Origin: Planctopirus limnophila DSM 3776
GTDB taxonomy: Bacteria; Planctomycetota; Planctomycetia; Planctomycetales; Planctomycetaceae
Direction: 5' to 3'
Assembly: GCF_000092105.1 (NCBI RefSeq)
Contig: NC_014149.1
Span: 1-32,000 of the forward strand
DNA length: 32,000 nt
Numbering within the stretch: position 1 is the first letter of the stretch; each line of letters starts with the position of its first letter. Below, one piece after another: positions 31,487-32,000 of the stretch. A program made the position numbers and the translations under genes. The notes under the pieces are model-generated. The model was not told the DNA's origin and did no database searches. It saw nothing but the letters and a program-made list of their open reading frames with translations.

Positions 31487-32000
31487 TTGAATCACTATCT
31501 GACCTGCGGCCGCTCTTTGAGCAGCCCGGCGAGGAGGGCGACTGGTGGCGTGCGATCATGCCCTACATCGCCAGCCAGGTCAGCGGCTGGAGTTCCGCTT
31601 GGATGACCAAGACAGAGGAAGAGCTGCTCAACCCGACTTATGTCGCCGCCCTGGCTCTCGGTTCCATCAACGACCGCACGAAAGGCCTTCACTTTGAACA
31701 CGGTCACTCATGGGTGACATCGGAAGTCAACCACGCTCTGCGAAATCTCGAATCAATGTGTTCCCCAACCCCTGAAGAGGAAGAGTTTTTTATGGCCACG
31801 AAAACGAAACCAGCACCTGCCAAGCCCACCAAAGCCACGAAGCCAGCGAAGCCGAAAGAAACCGCTCCTGAGGTCACATCAGAGTCATCGCAGGAGCATC
31901 CCGGCAAGGCCTTCATCGTCGATCGCAGTCGTGACATCCCACTCTCTCAGCTCGATCCCAGCCCCTGGCAGGTCCGCAAGAAGACCAGCAGCGAGTGGAT
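31483..32000 (+). CDS. ParB-like N-terminal-domain protein, 3'-truncated by the window edge (absent from the ORF track because it has no stop)
   Basis: GTGA overlap with the upstream stop, and the frame stays open to position 32000. It has a Lys/Pro/Ala-rich linker. It ends with IPLSQLDPSPWQVRKK, which resembles the ParB-box region. Internal starts at 31558 or 31792 are possible. Confidence 0.5.
   Translation, partial: MIESLSDLRPLFEQPGEEGDWWRAIMPYIASQVSGWSSAWMTKTEEELLNPTYVAALALGSINDRTKGLHFEHGHSWVTSEVNHALRNLESMCSPTPEEEEFFMATKTKPAPAKPTKATKPAKPKETAPEVTSESSQEHPGKAFIVDRSRDIPLSQLDPSPWQVRKKTSSEW

Larger units (their letters stand above)
1..32000 (+). mobile_element. Temperate HK97/lambda-like tailed-phage genome segment (prophage, tandem-prophage junction or phage contig)
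   Basis: Unbroken same-strand order of terminase, portal, ClpP-like protease, HK97-type capsid, connector, tail tube, G/GT chaperone, tape measure and fibre, plus two tyrosine recombinases and an early operon. Gene junctions are tightly overlapped. Confidence 0.9.

Overview
The whole 32-kb window reads as temperate tailed-phage DNA with an HK97/lambda-like siphovirus layout. Every convincing gene is on the + strand, and many gene junctions are ATGA/GTGA/TGATG start-stop overlaps. Gene order: (1) 21-2622, membrane proteins plus a papain-like cysteine peptidase, which looks like a lysis-type module. (2) 2648-8979, HNH endonuclease, a G/C-homopolymer non-coding block (candidate cos), small and large terminase, portal, ClpP-like prohead protease, and an HK97-type major capsid followed by an intrinsic terminator. 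(3) 9043-20178, connector, adaptor, tail terminator and tail tube genes, a G/GT chaperone pair with a canonical GGGAAAC -1 slippery site, tape measure, minor tail protein, fibre, and six unknown distal-tail genes. (4) 20215-22457, tyrosine recombinase #1, a small membrane protein and a Dam-type N6-adenine methyltransferase. (5) 22518-23523, a 3' fragment of tRNA-Lys(UUU) (att-type core), a structured non-coding stretch ending in a terminator, and a moron-like secreted-protein gene with its own terminator. (6) A 455-nt non-coding region containing lox/FRT-like inverted repeats. (7) Tyrosine recombinase #2 (24051-25166) and a tightly coupled early operon: a clamp-like protein, a CsrA homologue, a wHTH replication-initiator-like protein with internal 12-bp iteron-like repeats, several zinc-ribbon proteins, an ASCH protein, a DUF6011-like protein and a partial ParB-like gene. 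The synteny matches the circular lambda/HK97 map (lysis, HNH, cos, terminase, head, tail, accessory region, att, int, early genes). The att-like tRNA fragment is therefore either an intact attP (free phage or episome contig) or the junction of tandem prophages. The strongest non-genic signal is six dispersed exact copies of the 18-bp palindrome TGATTTC-N4-GAAATCA, placed at transcription-unit boundaries, overlapping stop codons, or inside ORFs in a fixed phase. I interpret these as a dispersed operator network for an unidentified regulator, but this is only a hypothesis. No rRNA, CRISPR array, transposase or reverse transcriptase was seen. The host taxon cannot be established from the window. 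All family assignments rest on motifs recognised by eye, not on searches.
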